In this document: positions 12,401-23,278 of the stretch, in pieces | How positions within the stretch are numbered: the stretch's first letter is position 1 | How the letters are laid out: the number at the start of each line of letters is the position of its first letter | Assembly: GCF_057098645.1 (NCBI RefSeq) | Contig: NZ_CM169472.1 | Length of the DNA: 64,000 nt | Reading direction: 5' to 3' (one strand) | Made by a program: the position numbers and the translations under genes | Notes under the pieces: model-generated | What the model was told of the DNA's origin: nothing | Databases searched by the model: none | Seen by the model: the letters and a program-made list of their open reading frames with translations, nothing else

Positions 12401-12580
12401 GTTCTCCAGCGTTTCGGCAGAAGCACCAGTATAAGTGGCTGAAATTTTAATGGTCGGTGGCGCAACGTCAGGATATTGCGCGACGGGCAATGTGCGAATA
12501 GCCAGAATCCCCGCCAACATAATCAAAATGGCGATAACCCAGGCAAAGACCGGGCGGCGAACAAAAAAGCGCGAAAACAT
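9473..12580 (-). CDS. RND (HAE1-type) inner-membrane efflux pump
   Basis: 1035 aa; AcrB-like N-terminus MFSRFFVRRPVFAWVIAILIML; two large periplasmic loops and 12 TM pattern. Confidence 0.9.
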   Translation of the reverse strand: MFSRFFVRRPVFAWVIAILIMLAGILAIRTLPVAQYPDVAPPTIKISATYTGASAETLENSVTQVIEQQLTGLDNLLYFSSTSSSDGSVSINVTFEQGTDPDTAQVQVQNKIQQAESRLPSEVQQTGVTVEKSQSNFLLIAAVYDTTDKASSSDIADWLVSNVQDPLARVEGVGSLQVFGAEYAMRIWLDPAKLASYSLMPSDVQSAIEAQNVQVTAGKIGALPSPNTQQLTATVRAQSRLQTVDQFKNIIVKSQSDGAVVRIKDVARVEMGSEDYTAIGKLNGHPSAGVAVMLSPGANALNTATLVKDKIAEFQRNMPQGYDIAYPKDSTEFIKISVEDVIQTLFEAIVLVVCVMYLFLQNLRATLIPGLAVPVVLLGTFGVLALFGYSINTLTLFAMVLAIGLLVDDAIVVVENVERIMRDEGLPAREATEKSMGEISGALVAIALVLSAVFLPMAFFGGSTGVIYRQFSITIISAMLLSVVVALTLTPALCGSVLQHVPPHKKGFFGAFNRFYRRTEDKYQRGVIYVLRRAARTMGLYLVLGGGMALMMWKLPGSFLPTEDQGEIMVQYTLPAGATAARTAEVNRQIVDWFLINEKANTDVIFTVDGFSFSGSGQNTGMAFVSLKNWSQRKGAENTAQAIALRATKELGTIRDATVFAMTPPAVDGLGQSNGFTFELLANGGTDRETLLQMRNQLIEKANQSPELHSVRANDLPQMPQLQVDIDSNKAVSLGLSLNDVTDTLSSAWGGTYVNDFIDRGRVKKVYIQGDSEFRSAPSDLGKWCVRGSDNAMTPFSAFATTRWLYGPERLVRYNGSAAYEIQGENATGFSSGDAMTKMEELANSLPAGTTWAWSGLSLQEKLASGQALSLYAVSILVVFLCLAALYESWSVPFSVILVIPLGLLGAALAAWMRDLNNDVYFQVALLTTIGLSSKNAILIVEFAEAAVAEGYSLSRAALRAAQTRLRPIILTSLAFIAGVMPLAIATGAGANSRIAIGTGIIGGTLTATLLAIFFVPLFFVLVKRLFAGKPRRQE

Positions 12581-13701
12581 CAGGCGTTGCCTCCATTAGC
12601 CTGAACTTCAACAGCCTTGACCGTCTGCCCTGAAGTGACTTTGGCAGAACCTTCAACAATCAGTCGGTCGCCGTTGTGCAGGCCGTTTAGCACCAGCCAT
12701 TTATCACCATATGTTTCTCCCGTTTCGAGCGTTCGCTGCTCTACTTTATTGTCTTTATTCACCACCAGCGCAGTTGCATTGCCTTTAGCATCGCGCGTGA
12801 CGCCCTGTTGCGGCGCGAGAATAGCGTCTTCCATCACGCCTTCATCGACACGAGCGCCAACAAACATTCCCGGTAATAACTGCTGTTGTGGATTGGGGAA
12901 AATCGCCCGTAATGTCACCGAACCGGTAGACTCATCTACAGCGACTTCGGTGAGTTCCAGACGCCCTTTTTCGCTGTAGGTTGTGCCATCTTCCAGAATA
13001 AGTGAGACGCTCATGGTGTCACTGTTGGTCGCCAGTGACTGTTTACGCAGACGTAATAAATCGACACTGGAGCGAGTGAGGTCGACATACATTGTATCCA
13101 GACCACGAATAGTCGTTAACGCTGTATCTTGCGACGCGGTCACCAGTGCGCCAGGGGTTACCGACGAAATGCCAATGCGCCCTGAAATCGGTGCGGTTAC
13201 CGTGGTCCAGTCAAGATTAATGCGCGCAGTTTCCAGTGCGGCTTTTTTCGCCTCTACACTGGCTTTATCTTGTGCACAGGTAGACTGAGCATCATCAGCA
13301 TCCTGTTGTGAAACACCGTTCTCTTTCACCAGTCGGGCATAACGCTGCGCTTTCTGGCAATCGGCTTTTACCAGTGCCTGTGCTTGTTGTAATGCAGCCC
13401 GAGCTTCATTCCATGCAGCCTGATAACTGGCCGCATCAATCTGGTAGAGCGGCTGTCCAGCCTTGACCAGATCACCTTCCTTAAATAAGCGTTTCTGGAT
13501 AATTCCCCCAACCTGCGGACGTACTTCGGCACTGAGCGCAGCACTGGTGCGTCCGGTTAATTCACTGACTACCGAGACCGGTTGAGATTTGACTGTAACA
13601 ACGCCGACTTCTGTTTCTGACGGGGATGAATTGTCACTTTGCGTATTATCACAACCAGATAAGAGCAGCATTGCCACTACAGATGTTGCTATATACTTCA
13701 T
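12580..13701 (-). CDS. RND periplasmic adaptor (membrane fusion protein), lipoprotein
   Basis: start chosen at MKYIATS (lipobox LLSGC) preceded by GGAG; biotinyl-lipoyl/beta-barrel MFP-like translation; stop overlaps RND start. Confidence 0.8.
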   Translation of the reverse strand: MKYIATSVVAMLLLSGCDNTQSDNSSPSETEVGVVTVKSQPVSVVSELTGRTSAALSAEVRPQVGGIIQKRLFKEGDLVKAGQPLYQIDAASYQAAWNEARAALQQAQALVKADCQKAQRYARLVKENGVSQQDADDAQSTCAQDKASVEAKKAALETARINLDWTTVTAPISGRIGISSVTPGALVTASQDTALTTIRGLDTMYVDLTRSSVDLLRLRKQSLATNSDTMSVSLILEDGTTYSEKGRLELTEVAVDESTGSVTLRAIFPNPQQQLLPGMFVGARVDEGVMEDAILAPQQGVTRDAKGNATALVVNKDNKVEQRTLETGETYGDKWLVLNGLHNGDRLIVEGSAKVTSGQTVKAVEVQANGGNA

Positions 13702-13849
13702 TATTTTCTCCAGGGTGAGAAATACCCTCCTCATTAAAATCAATGAGGATATATCAGGGATATTCAGTTATAACGAACCCGCATCGCGAAATGAATTTCG
13801 CAATGAAATAAGGGGGATTAATATCCCCCGCTATTGGTTAATTCTGTTC

Positions 13850-14416
13850 TTATTTATTTATCAACATACTAACAATATCCTGATATATTTCCTGCAGATG
13901 TTGTGGATCGCTTTTTTGCGGTGTTAAACGACGATAAACCGTACCTTCCATCATGGTAGCAAACACTTCAACGCAGCAACGAATGTGCTCGTCGCTAAGA
14001 TGGGGATGCATTCTTTTCATATGTGCACAACCGTTAGCGAACATTCTGGCGTCAGCTTCTTCAAGCATTGCCATAACCCGCGGGTTGCGTGTGGCTTCTG
14101 CAGCCACTTCCAGCATCAGCGCGTCGTCGTCCTCATTTAAGGATTTACGCAAGGCAAGGACTTCCGGGAAGTGATCGGTACGCGCGTCAATGTCCATTTG
14201 GGCAATACGAAAGTCGATGATACGGCGAACCATCTCTTCAATAATGGCGTCTTTGTTGGCGAAGTAACGATATATCTGACCCACGCTAAGCTGAGCTTCG
14301 CTGGCAATTTGCGACATACTGGCGGCATGAAACCCGCAGCGACGAAAACACCGACGGGCGGCGTTAATGATTTCATCCTGACGCTGTTTGTGGCGTATCT
14401 CCAGCTTGCTGGTCAT
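13850..14416 (-). CDS. TetR-family transcriptional regulator
   Basis: N-terminal HTH (AARRCFRRCGFHAASMSQIASEAQLSVGQIYRYF); start chosen at MTSKLE preceded by AGGAGA; a longer ORF to 14515 is possible. Confidence 0.75.
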   Translation of the reverse strand: MTSKLEIRHKQRQDEIINAARRCFRRCGFHAASMSQIASEAQLSVGQIYRYFANKDAIIEEMVRRIIDFRIAQMDIDARTDHFPEVLALRKSLNEDDDALMLEVAAEATRNPRVMAMLEEADARMFANGCAHMKRMHPHLSDEHIRCCVEVFATMMEGTVYRRLTPQKSDPQHLQEIYQDIVSMLINK

Positions 14417-14893
14417 TTCTGTCTCCTGGCCTATCACTTGGTGAGAATGATCGTTCTCATTTTTGCTGATTATACGTTTCTCCAAAGTAATGGAAAGTAT
14501 TTTTATCTTATTCATGGTGCATATTCTGATAATGAAGAGATTGTGGAGATTCTGTGAAGATAGTTGACAATATTAAGTTGGGGTCAATTCATCAGAAAGG
14601 CTGCTACTTGTTGTCGCCAGTTCTGTTTTCATCATCAAACTTATCGGAGCTAATACGAATAGTTTCATAGTCAGATTCTATAAGATATTTCCCCAACCTA
14701 CCCCTTGCAGGCGTCAAGAGTAGATAACGCAAAATGCTCTGTACCGCAGCTTCTCTCCGGTACAGAAAGCGCAACTATAGCCACCCACAGCCAGGTTGAT
14801 TATAATAACCGTTTATCTGTTCGTACTGTTTACTAAAACGACGAATCGCCTGATTTTCAGGCACAACAAGCATCAACAATAAGGATTAAAGCT

Positions 14894-15682
14894 ATGGGTT
14901 TTCTTTCCGGTAAGCGCATTCTGGTAACCGGTGTTGCCAGCAAACTGTCCATCGCCTACGGTATCGCTCAGGCGATGCACCGCGAAGGAGCTGAACTGGC
15001 ATTCACCTACCAGAACGACAAACTGAAAGGCCGCGTAGAAGAATTTGCCGCTCAATTGGGTTCTGACATCGTTCTGCAGTGCGATGTTGCCGAAGATGCC
15101 AGCATCGACACCATGTTCGCTGAACTGGGGAAAGTTTGGCCGAAATTTGACGGTTTCGTACACTCTATTGGTTTTGCACCTGGCGATCAGCTGGATGGTG
15201 ACTATGTTAACGCCGTTACTCGTGAAGGCTTCAAAATTGCCCACGACATCAGCTCCTACAGCTTCGTTGCAATGGCAAAAGCTTGCCGCTCCATGCTGAA
15301 TCCGGGTTCTGCCCTGCTGACCCTTTCCTACCTTGGCGCTGAGCGCGCTATCCCGAACTACAACGTTATGGGTCTGGCAAAAGCGTCTCTGGAAGCGAAC
15401 GTGCGCTATATGGCGAACGCGATGGGTCCGGAAGGTGTGCGTGTTAACGCCATCTCTGCTGGTCCGATCCGTACTCTGGCGGCCTCCGGTATCAAAGACT
15501 TCCGCAAAATGCTGGCTCATTGCGAAGCCGTTACCCCGATTCGCCGTACCGTTACTATTGAAGATGTGGGTAACTCTGCGGCATTCCTGTGCTCCGATCT
15601 CTCTGCCGGTATCTCGGGTGAAGTGGTCCACGTTGACGGCGGTTTCAGCATTGCTGCAATGAACGAACTCGAACTGAAATAA
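14894..15682 (+). CDS. fabI: enoyl-ACP reductase (NADH)
   Basis: 262 aa; Rossmann motif [13 protein letters not shown]; recognised as FabI. Confidence 0.95.
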
Positions 15683-15825
15683 TCGTTCTGTTGGTAAAGA
15701 TGGGCGGCGTTCTGCCGCCCGTTATCTCTGTTATACCTTTCTGATATTTGTTATCGCCGATCCGTCTTTCTCCCCTTCCCGCCTTGCGTCAGGATAACGA
15801 TTTCCTTTACGACCAAGGAGCGCCC

Positions 15826-16953
15826 ATGGAACAACGCCACATCACCGGCAAAAGCCACTGGTATCATGAAACGCAATCCAGTACTACGGAGTATGACGTT
15901 CTGCCTCTGGTCCCGGAAGCCGCAAAGGTCAGCGATCCCTTTCTACTCGACGTGATACTTGAAAAAGAAACGCTGGCCCCCTTCCTTTCATGGCTGGACC
16001 CTGCGCGTGTTCTTGCAGTGGATTTGTTCCCTGACCAGCTTACCGTGACCCGTTCACAGACCTTCACCGCTTATGAACGCTTGTCGACGGCCCTGACGGT
16101 TGCTCAGGTTTGCGGCGTCCAGCGGTTATGTAACTACTATTCGGCGCGACTTACGCCGCTCCCCGGGCCTGATTCCACCAGGGAAAGTAATCATCGGTTG
16201 GCACAAATCACGCAATATGCCCGCCAACTGGCTAGCTCGCCTTCTATTATCGACAACCGATCGCGCCAGCATCTGAATGACGTCGGTCTTACTGCCTGGG
16301 ACTGTGTGATCATTAACCAAATCATTGGTTTTATTGGCTTTCAGGCGCGGACAATTGCGACATTTCAGGCTTATCTCGGGCATCCGGTACGCTGGTTACC
16401 CGGGCTGGAGATACAAAACTACGCCGACGCGTCACTGTTTGCTGATGAATCATTACGCTGGCGAAGCAGCTATGAGGTGGAAAAACTACCTGAAGAGCAC
16501 ACAAAAAGTTCAACTGCAGAACTTTGCCAACTGGCCGAAATACTCTCTCTCCACCCTATTTCACTTTCCCTTCTCGAAAAGTTATTAAACAGCACACGGG
16601 TCAATACACAGCCGAATAATCAGCTTGCGGCGTTGTTATGCGCGCGGATAAATGGCAGTCCTGCTTGTTTTGCCACCTGTATGGATTCATCAAATGAATA
16701 TAAAAAAATCAGCACCCTTCTGCGCAAGGGCGAAAATGAAATTAACCAATGGGCTGACCGTCATTCTGTTGAGCGCGCTACCGTTCAGGCGATACAATGG
16801 CTGACCCGAGCACCCGATCGCTTTAGCGCCGCCCAGTTCAGCCCTTTACTCGAACACGAAAAATCATCAACGCAGATTATTAATCTGCTGGTATGGAGCG
16901 GGCTGTGTGGCTGGATAAATCGCTTAAAAATCGCGTTGGGTGAGACATATTAA
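15826..16953 (+). CDS. yciW: YciW (CMD/AhpD-like domain protein)
   Basis: start taken at MEQRHITGK with AAGGAG RBS; the ORF extends 26 codons further upstream. Confidence 0.75.
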   Translation: MEQRHITGKSHWYHETQSSTTEYDVLPLVPEAAKVSDPFLLDVILEKETLAPFLSWLDPARVLAVDLFPDQLTVTRSQTFTAYERLSTALTVAQVCGVQRLCNYYSARLTPLPGPDSTRESNHRLAQITQYARQLASSPSIIDNRSRQHLNDVGLTAWDCVIINQIIGFIGFQARTIATFQAYLGHPVRWLPGLEIQNYADASLFADESLRWRSSYEVEKLPEEHTKSSTAELCQLAEILSLHPISLSLLEKLLNSTRVNTQPNNQLAALLCARINGSPACFATCMDSSNEYKKISTLLRKGENEINQWADRHSVERATVQAIQWLTRAPDRFSAAQFSPLLEHEKSSTQIINLLVWSGLCGWINRLKIALGETY

Positions 16954-17020
16954 CCTTGCCGCGTCAGACAGATTCGCGTAAAACTGTCAGCCGCTCTAAT
17001 GGCCACCAAAATAGACAATT

Positions 17021-18955
17021 ATGTTTCAGGACAACCCGCTGCTAGCGCAGCTTAAACAGCAACTGCATTCCCAGACGCCACGCGCTGAAGGGGTGGTAAA
17101 AGCCACAGAAAAAGGCTTTGGCTTCCTGGAAGTCGACGCGCAAAAAAGTTATTTCATTCCGCCGCCGCAGATGAAAAAAGTCATGCATGGCGACCGAATT
17201 ATCGCGGTGATCCACAGTGAAAAAGAACGTGAATCCGCAGAGCCAGAAGAACTGGTTGAACCGTTCCTGACTCGTTTCGTGGGTAAAGTTCAGGGCAAAA
17301 ATGACCGTCTGGCCATCGTTCCTGATCATCCACTCTTAAAAGACGCCATTCCTTGCCGCGCAGCCCGTGGCCTGAACCACGAGTTTAAAGAAGGCGACTG
17401 GGCGGTTGCCGAAATGCGCCGTCATCCGCTGAAAGGCGATCGTTCTTTCTATGCTGAACTGACACAATACATCACTTTTGGTGACGACCACTTTGTACCG
17501 TGGTGGGTTACACTTGCGCGCCATAATCTGGAAAAAGAAGCACCAGACGGCGTCGCTACCGAAATGCTCGATGAAGGTCTGGTTCGTGAAGATCTGACCG
17601 CGCTGGATTTTGTCACCATCGACAGTGCCAGCACAGAAGATATGGATGACGCCCTTTTCGCTAAGGCGTTGCCGGATGACAAACTTCAGCTGATTGTGGC
17701 GATTGCCGATCCAACCGCGTGGATTGCTGAAGGCAGCAAGCTGGACAAAGCCGCGAAAATTCGCGCATTCACCAACTATCTGCCTGGCTTCAACATCCCT
17801 ATGCTTCCTCGCGAGCTTTCTGACGATCTCTGCTCACTGCGCGCCAATGAAGTCCGTCCGGTACTGGCATGCCGCATGACGCTCTCCGCTGATGGCACCA
17901 TTGAAGATAATATCGAATTCTTTGCCGCCACCATCGAATCCAAAGCGAAGCTGGTGTATGACCAGGTTTCTGACTGGCTGGAAAATACCGGTGACTGGCA
18001 GCCTGAAAGTGAAGCAATTGCCGAACAAGTCCGTTTGCTAGCGCAAATTTGCCAACGACGCGGCGAGTGGCGTCATAACCACGCACTGGTGTTTAAAGAT
18101 CGCCCGGATTACCGCTTTATTCTCGGTGAAAAAGGTGAAGTGCTGGATATCGTCGCCGAGCCTCGTCGCATTGCCAACCGTATCGTCGAAGAAGCGATGA
18201 TCGCCGCTAATATTTGTGCGGCCCGCGTACTGCGCGATAAGCTCGGTTTTGGCATCTATAACGTGCATATGGGCTTTGATCCGGCGAATGCCGACGCGCT
18301 GGCAGCGTTGCTGAAAACGCACGGTCTGCATGTCGATGCCGAAGAAGTGCTCACGCTGGACGGTTTCTGCAAACTGCGTCGTGAACTGGACGCGCAACCA
18401 ACTGGTTTCCTCGACAGCCGCATTCGTCGCTTCCAGTCATTTGCTGAAATTAGCACTGAACCCGGTCCTCACTTTGGCCTCGGTCTGGAGGCATACGCCA
18501 CCTGGACTTCGCCGATCCGTAAATATGGCGACATGATCAACCACCGTCTGCTGAAAGCGGTTATCAAAGGCGAAACTGCGACGCGTCCACAGGATGAAAT
18601 CACTGTTCAAATGGCCGAGCGTCGCCGTCTCAACCGGATGGCAGAACGTGATGTTGGCGACTGGTTATACGCACGCTTCCTGAAAGACAAAGCCGGGACC
18701 GACACCCGTTTCTCGGCGGAAATTGTCGATATCAGCCGTGGCGGCATGCGTGTTCGTTTGGTTGATAACGGCGCTATCGCCTTTATTCCGGCACCTTTCT
18801 TACACGCTGTGCGCGATGAACTGGTTTGCAGCCAGGAAAACGGCACTGTACAAATTAAAGGTGAAACGGTTTACAAAGTAACTGACGTTATTGACGTCAC
18901 CATTGCCGAAGTCCGCATGGAAACCCGCAGCATTATTGCGCGCCCGGTCGCGTAA
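17021..18955 (+). CDS. rnb: exoribonuclease II
   Basis: 644 aa; RNB catalytic domain plus C-terminal S1; recognised as RNase II. Confidence 0.95.
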   Translation: MFQDNPLLAQLKQQLHSQTPRAEGVVKATEKGFGFLEVDAQKSYFIPPPQMKKVMHGDRIIAVIHSEKERESAEPEELVEPFLTRFVGKVQGKNDRLAIVPDHPLLKDAIPCRAARGLNHEFKEGDWAVAEMRRHPLKGDRSFYAELTQYITFGDDHFVPWWVTLARHNLEKEAPDGVATEMLDEGLVREDLTALDFVTIDSASTEDMDDALFAKALPDDKLQLIVAIADPTAWIAEGSKLDKAAKIRAFTNYLPGFNIPMLPRELSDDLCSLRANEVRPVLACRMTLSADGTIEDNIEFFAATIESKAKLVYDQVSDWLENTGDWQPESEAIAEQVRLLAQICQRRGEWRHNHALVFKDRPDYRFILGEKGEVLDIVAEPRRIANRIVEEAMIAANICAARVLRDKLGFGIYNVHMGFDPANADALAALLKTHGLHVDAEEVLTLDGFCKLRRELDAQPTGFLDSRIRRFQSFAEISTEPGPHFGLGLEAYATWTSPIRKYGDMINHRLLKAVIKGETATRPQDEITVQMAERRRLNRMAERDVGDWLYARFLKDKAGTDTRFSAEIVDISRGGMRVRLVDNGAIAFIPAPFLHAVRDELVCSQENGTVQIKGETVYKVTDVIDVTIAEVRMETRSIIARPVA

Positions 18956-18965
18956 TCTCCTTTCA

Positions 18966-18996
18966 CGGCCCATTCCTCATGGATGGGCCGTTTATT
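18966..18996 (+). terminator. rho-independent terminator after rnb
   Basis: stem ggcccat...atgggcc followed by tttattt. Confidence 0.7.
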
Positions 18997-19190
18997 TCCC
19001 CGCTCTACCTTCGTTATATCCAGGCAGATTTTTTAACTGACTTTCGTTTGAAAACTGGCGTTTTTCCAAAACTGGATTACAAATAAATATATAAAAAAAA
19101 CAATGCGTTTAGCCGCCGTTAATTTCATGTAAGTCATGTTGTTCCTTTTATTTAACCGCGGACTCCGCAGTTAACCGGAGGATATGCATC

Positions 19191-21176
19191 ATGAAAACCG
19201 TTAGGGAGTCCACAACGTTGTACAACTTTCTCGGATCGCACAATCCATACTGGCGGTTGACGGAAAGCAGCGATGTTTTGCGCTTTTCTACCACCGAAAC
19301 CACAGAACCTGATCGTACTTTGCAGTTATCTGCCGAACAGGCTGCTCGCATCAGGGAAATGACGGTCATCACCTCCAGCCTGATGATGAGTCTGACCGTC
19401 GATGAGAGCGATCTTTCTGTGCATCTGGTAGGACGAAAAATCAATAAACGGGAATGGGCTGGCAACGCGTCTGCATGGCATGACACACCGGCAGTTGCTC
19501 GTGATTTATCACACGGGCTTTCCTTTGCTGAGCAGGTAGTTTCTGAAGCACATTCCGCAATAGTGATTCTCGACAGCCGGGGGAATATCCAACGCTTCAA
19601 TCGGTTATGTGAAGATTACACAGGGTTGAACGAACACGACGTCATTGGGCAAAGCGTGTTTAAACTGTTTATGAGCCGTCGTGAAGCTGCGGCATCCAGG
19701 CGCAATAACCGTGTATTTTTTCGAAGCGGCAATGCATATGAAGTCGAACTGTGGATACCAACACGTAAAGGCCAGCGGCTGTTTCTGTTTCGCAATAAAT
19801 TTGTCCACAGCGGCAGTGGCAAAAACGAGATTTTTTTAATCTGTTCCGGCACCGACATTACCGAAGAGCGCCGCGCTCAGGAGCGACTGCGTATTCTGGC
19901 AAATACCGACAGTATCACCGGACTGCCGAATCGTAACGCAATGCAGGAGTTAATCGATCACGCTATTAATCATGCAGATAACAATAAAGTTGGGGTTGTG
20001 TATCTTGATTTGGATAATTTTAAAAAGGTCAACGACGCCTATGGGCATTTGTTTGGTGACCAGTTATTACGCGACGTGTCATTGGCTATTTTAAGCTGTC
20101 TCGAACATGACCAGGTTTTGGCGCGTCCGGGTGGCGATGAGTTTCTGGTACTGGCATCCAACACCTCACAAAGCGCGCTGGAAGCAATGGCATCACGAAT
20201 TTTGACCCGCTTACGGCTCCCCTTTCGCATTGGTTTAATTGAAGTTTATACCAGCTGTTCAGTAGGTATTGCACTCTCTCCCGAACATGGTTCGGACAGC
20301 GCGGCTATTATTCGTCACGCCGACACAGCAATGTACACAGCGAAGGAAGGCGGACGAGGACAATTTTGCGTTTTTACCCCAGAAATGAATCAACGGGTAT
20401 TTGAATATCTCTGGCTGGATACCAACTTGCGTAAAGCACTGGAAAACGATCAGTTGGTTATTCACTATCAACCGAAAATCACCTGGCGTGGCGAAGTGCG
20501 CAGTCTGGAAGCACTAGTACGTTGGCAGTCACCTGAACGTGGGTTGATTCCACCGTTGGACTTCATTTCCTACGCCGAAGAGTCAGGGCTAATTGTGCCT
20601 TTAGGCCGTTGGGTGATTCTCGATGTCGTACGCCAGGTGGCGAAGTGGCGGGATAAAGGCATTAACCTGCGAGTGGCGGTAAACATTTCTGCACGTCAGC
20701 TCGCCGATCAAACCATTTTCACCGCCCTGAAACAGGTTCTCCAGGAACTCAATTTTGAATACTGCCCTATTGATGTTGAATTGACAGAGAGTTGTCTGAT
20801 TGAGAATGATGAACTGGCACTGTCTGTTATTCAACAATTTAGCCAACTAGGTGCGCAAGTGCATCTGGATGATTTTGGTACCGGCTACTCTTCACTTTCG
20901 CAACTGGCGCGCTTTCCGATCGATGCCATCAAACTTGACCAGGTTTTTGTTCGAGATATTCACAAACAACTTGTCTCGCAGTCACTGGTCCGGGCGATCG
21001 TCGCTGTGGCCCAGGCATTGAATCTTCAGGTGATCGCCGAAGGTGTAGAGAGTGCAAAGGAAGATGCTTTTTTAACCAAAAACGGGATCAATGAGCGGCA
21101 AGGATTTTTGTTTGCCAAACCGATGCCCGCCGTCGCCTTCGAACGCTGGTATAAACGCTATCTGAAGCGCGCATAA
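19191..21176 (+). CDS. pdeR: c-di-GMP phosphodiesterase with PAS-GGDEF-EAL domains
   Basis: 661 aa; RPGGDEF and EAL-domain motifs; recognised as PdeR (YciR/Gmr). Confidence 0.9.
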   Translation: MKTVRESTTLYNFLGSHNPYWRLTESSDVLRFSTTETTEPDRTLQLSAEQAARIREMTVITSSLMMSLTVDESDLSVHLVGRKINKREWAGNASAWHDTPAVARDLSHGLSFAEQVVSEAHSAIVILDSRGNIQRFNRLCEDYTGLNEHDVIGQSVFKLFMSRREAAASRRNNRVFFRSGNAYEVELWIPTRKGQRLFLFRNKFVHSGSGKNEIFLICSGTDITEERRAQERLRILANTDSITGLPNRNAMQELIDHAINHADNNKVGVVYLDLDNFKKVNDAYGHLFGDQLLRDVSLAILSCLEHDQVLARPGGDEFLVLASNTSQSALEAMASRILTRLRLPFRIGLIEVYTSCSVGIALSPEHGSDSAAIIRHADTAMYTAKEGGRGQFCVFTPEMNQRVFEYLWLDTNLRKALENDQLVIHYQPKITWRGEVRSLEALVRWQSPERGLIPPLDFISYAEESGLIVPLGRWVILDVVRQVAKWRDKGINLRVAVNISARQLADQTIFTALKQVLQELNFEYCPIDVELTESCLIENDELALSVIQQFSQLGAQVHLDDFGTGYSSLSQLARFPIDAIKLDQVFVRDIHKQLVSQSLVRAIVAVAQALNLQVIAEGVESAKEDAFLTKNGINERQGFLFAKPMPAVAFERWYKRYLKRA

Positions 21177-21323
21177 GTAGATGAATATATATACTTAGCG
21201 CTATATTCCGTCATTATATATCGTATTCCCGGATGATAATTAGCCGTTGCTGTTAAACACTTCTCTTTTAGCGGCAATTTTTGCATTATTCATTTTCCCC
21301 CTTTTGCTATAAGGATGTCCTTG

Positions 21324-21497
21324 ATGTCTGAATTTGATGCCCAGCGCGTTGCCGAACGTATTGATATTGTGTTAGATATCCTTGTGGCAGGCGATTACCA
21401 CTCTGCGATCCATAATCTCGAGATTCTTAAAGCAGAACTCTTGCGCCAGGTTGCTGAATCTACGCCAGACATCCCGAAGGCACCGTGGGAGATTTAA
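21324..21497 (+). CDS. yciZ: small protein YciZ (UPF0509)
   Basis: 57 aa from [17 protein letters not shown] 8 nt upstream. Confidence 0.75.
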
Positions 21498-21586
21498 CAA
21501 TCGTGCCTTCAGGTTTTCCTATTTGAGGATGCCCGGCGCGTCAGTATTTTTTTATTTAGTATTATAACGTTATAAGAATTACAGCG

Positions 21587-22336
21587 ATGAATTCCCGACA
21601 ACAAACTATTCTACAGATGGTCATTGACCAGGGTCAGGTTAGCGTAACCGATCTGGCAAAAGCCACTGGAGTTTCTGAAGTTACCATTCGCCAGGATCTC
21701 AACACCCTCGAAAAACTGAGTTACCTCCGCCGTGCACATGGCTTTGCAGTTTCGCTTGATAGTGATGACGTCGAAACCCGTATGATGAGCAATTATACGC
21801 TGAAGCGTGAACTCGCCGAGTTTGCCGCGTCACTGGTTCAACCGGGCGAAACCATCTTTATCGAAAATGGCAGCAGCAATGCCCTGCTCGCTCGGACTCT
21901 GGGCGAGCAGAAGAAAAATGTCACTATCATCACGGTCAGCAGCTACATCGCGCATTTGCTGAAAGACGCGCCTTGTGAAGTTATTTTGCTCGGTGGCGTG
22001 TACCAGAAAAAAAGCGAAAGTATGGTTGGCCCTTTGACACGCCAGTGCATCCAACAGGTGCATTTCAGCAAAGCATTTATTGGTATTGATGGCTGGCAAC
22101 CTGAAACTGGATTTACCGGTCGCGATATGATGCGTACCGATGTGGTCAATGCCGTGCTGGAAAAAGAGTGCGAAGCGATAGTCCTGACTGACAGCTCGAA
22201 ATTTGGTGCTGTACATTCATACTCCATCGGTCCCGTTGAGCGATTCAATCGCGTGATTACCGATTCGAAAATACGCGCCAGCGATCTGATGCATCTTGAG
22301 CACAGTAAACTCACCGTTCACGTCGTTGACATTTAA
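21587..22336 (+). CDS. yciT: DeoR-family transcriptional regulator
   Basis: 249 aa; N-terminal HTH plus sugar-binding-type C-terminal domain. Confidence 0.85.
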   Translation: MNSRQQTILQMVIDQGQVSVTDLAKATGVSEVTIRQDLNTLEKLSYLRRAHGFAVSLDSDDVETRMMSNYTLKRELAEFAASLVQPGETIFIENGSSNALLARTLGEQKKNVTIITVSSYIAHLLKDAPCEVILLGGVYQKKSESMVGPLTRQCIQQVHFSKAFIGIDGWQPETGFTGRDMMRTDVVNAVLEKECEAIVLTDSSKFGAVHSYSIGPVERFNRVITDSKIRASDLMHLEHSKLTVHVVDI

Positions 22337-22604
22337 CCATTTCCCTTCTCTACGGATGATTTGCAGTTTGGCAAATCATCCGCTCTAAGATGATTCCTGG
22401 TTGATAATTAAGACTATTTACCTGTTATTAACACTCTCAAGATATAAAATTATTATCAGCGATATAACAGGAAGTCATTATCACCTGCGTGATATAACCC
22501 TGCGCGCGAGCGGATTTCACGGAATAATTTCACCAGGCTTATTCTTAGCTATTATAGTTATAGAGAGCTTACTTCCGTGAATCATAAATTCAGGAGAGAG
22601 TATT

Positions 22605-22823
22605 ATGTTTGTAACGAGCAAAAAAATGACCGCGGCTGTTCTGGCAATTACCCTGGCAATGTCTCTGAGTGCCTGTTCTAACTGGTCTAAACGGGACCGC
22701 AACACCGCAATCGGCGCGGGTGCAGGGGCATTAGGCGGTGCAGTACTGACCGATGGCAGTACGTTGGGTACATTAGGTGGCGCAGCTGTCGGTGGTGTTA
22801 TTGGTCACCAGGTCGGTAAATAA
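22605..22823 (+). CDS. osmB: osmotically inducible lipoprotein B
   Basis: 72 aa; lipobox LSAC; glycine-rich GxxxG repeats. Confidence 0.9.
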   Translation: MFVTSKKMTAAVLAITLAMSLSACSNWSKRDRNTAIGAGAGALGGAVLTDGSTLGTLGGAAVGGVIGHQVGK

Positions 22824-22920
22824 TCGTAAATAAAAGTCGATTATCGACTCGTAATTATAATACGCTTGATTCTGTTCAGTACGAAATAACTGAATAATAC
22901 ACACAGTAAAATATTCGAAA

Positions 22921-22945
22921 GCCACGGATATATCCGTGGCTTTTT
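22921..22945. terminator. hairpin between convergent osmB and yciH
   Basis: gccacggatatatccgtggc followed by ttttt. Confidence 0.7.
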
Positions 22946-22948
22946 ATG

Positions 22949-23278
22949 TTAACCGCCTGCGAGTTTTACCTTCATCCCTTTCGCTTCAAGTAGTGATTTT
23001 AATAAATCACGCTTATCGCCCTGGATTTCAATAACTCCATCTTTAACTGATCCGCCGCAGCCGCATTTTTTCTTCAGTTCCGCTGCAAGTTTTGTCAGTT
23101 CGGCATCATCGAGATCGATACCGGTAATCAGGCAAACGCCCTTACCTTTACGTCCACTGGTCTGACGCTGAATACGCACCACACCATCGCCTTTAGAGCG
23201 TACTGGGGCCGCTTTGGGCTCATCAATACGCCCGGTTTCTGTTGAGTAGACCAGACGGCTGTTGGAATCACTCATCAT
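22949..23278 (-). CDS. yciH: SUI1/eIF1-family translation factor
   Basis: 109 aa; recognised as YciH; start overlaps pyrF stop. Confidence 0.85.
   Translation of the reverse strand: MMSDSNSRLVYSTETGRIDEPKAAPVRSKGDGVVRIQRQTSGRKGKGVCLITGIDLDDAELTKLAAELKKKCGCGGSVKDGVIEIQGDKRDLLKSLLEAKGMKVKLAGG

Noticed and set aside
14873-15631. 252-aa ORF on the minus strand
   Set aside because: Lies entirely antisense to fabI, whose identity is unambiguous; the high-GC antisense frame is open by chance.
17799-18397. Several 60-120 aa minus-strand ORFs inside rnb
   Set aside because: Shadow ORFs within a well-defined 644-aa gene.
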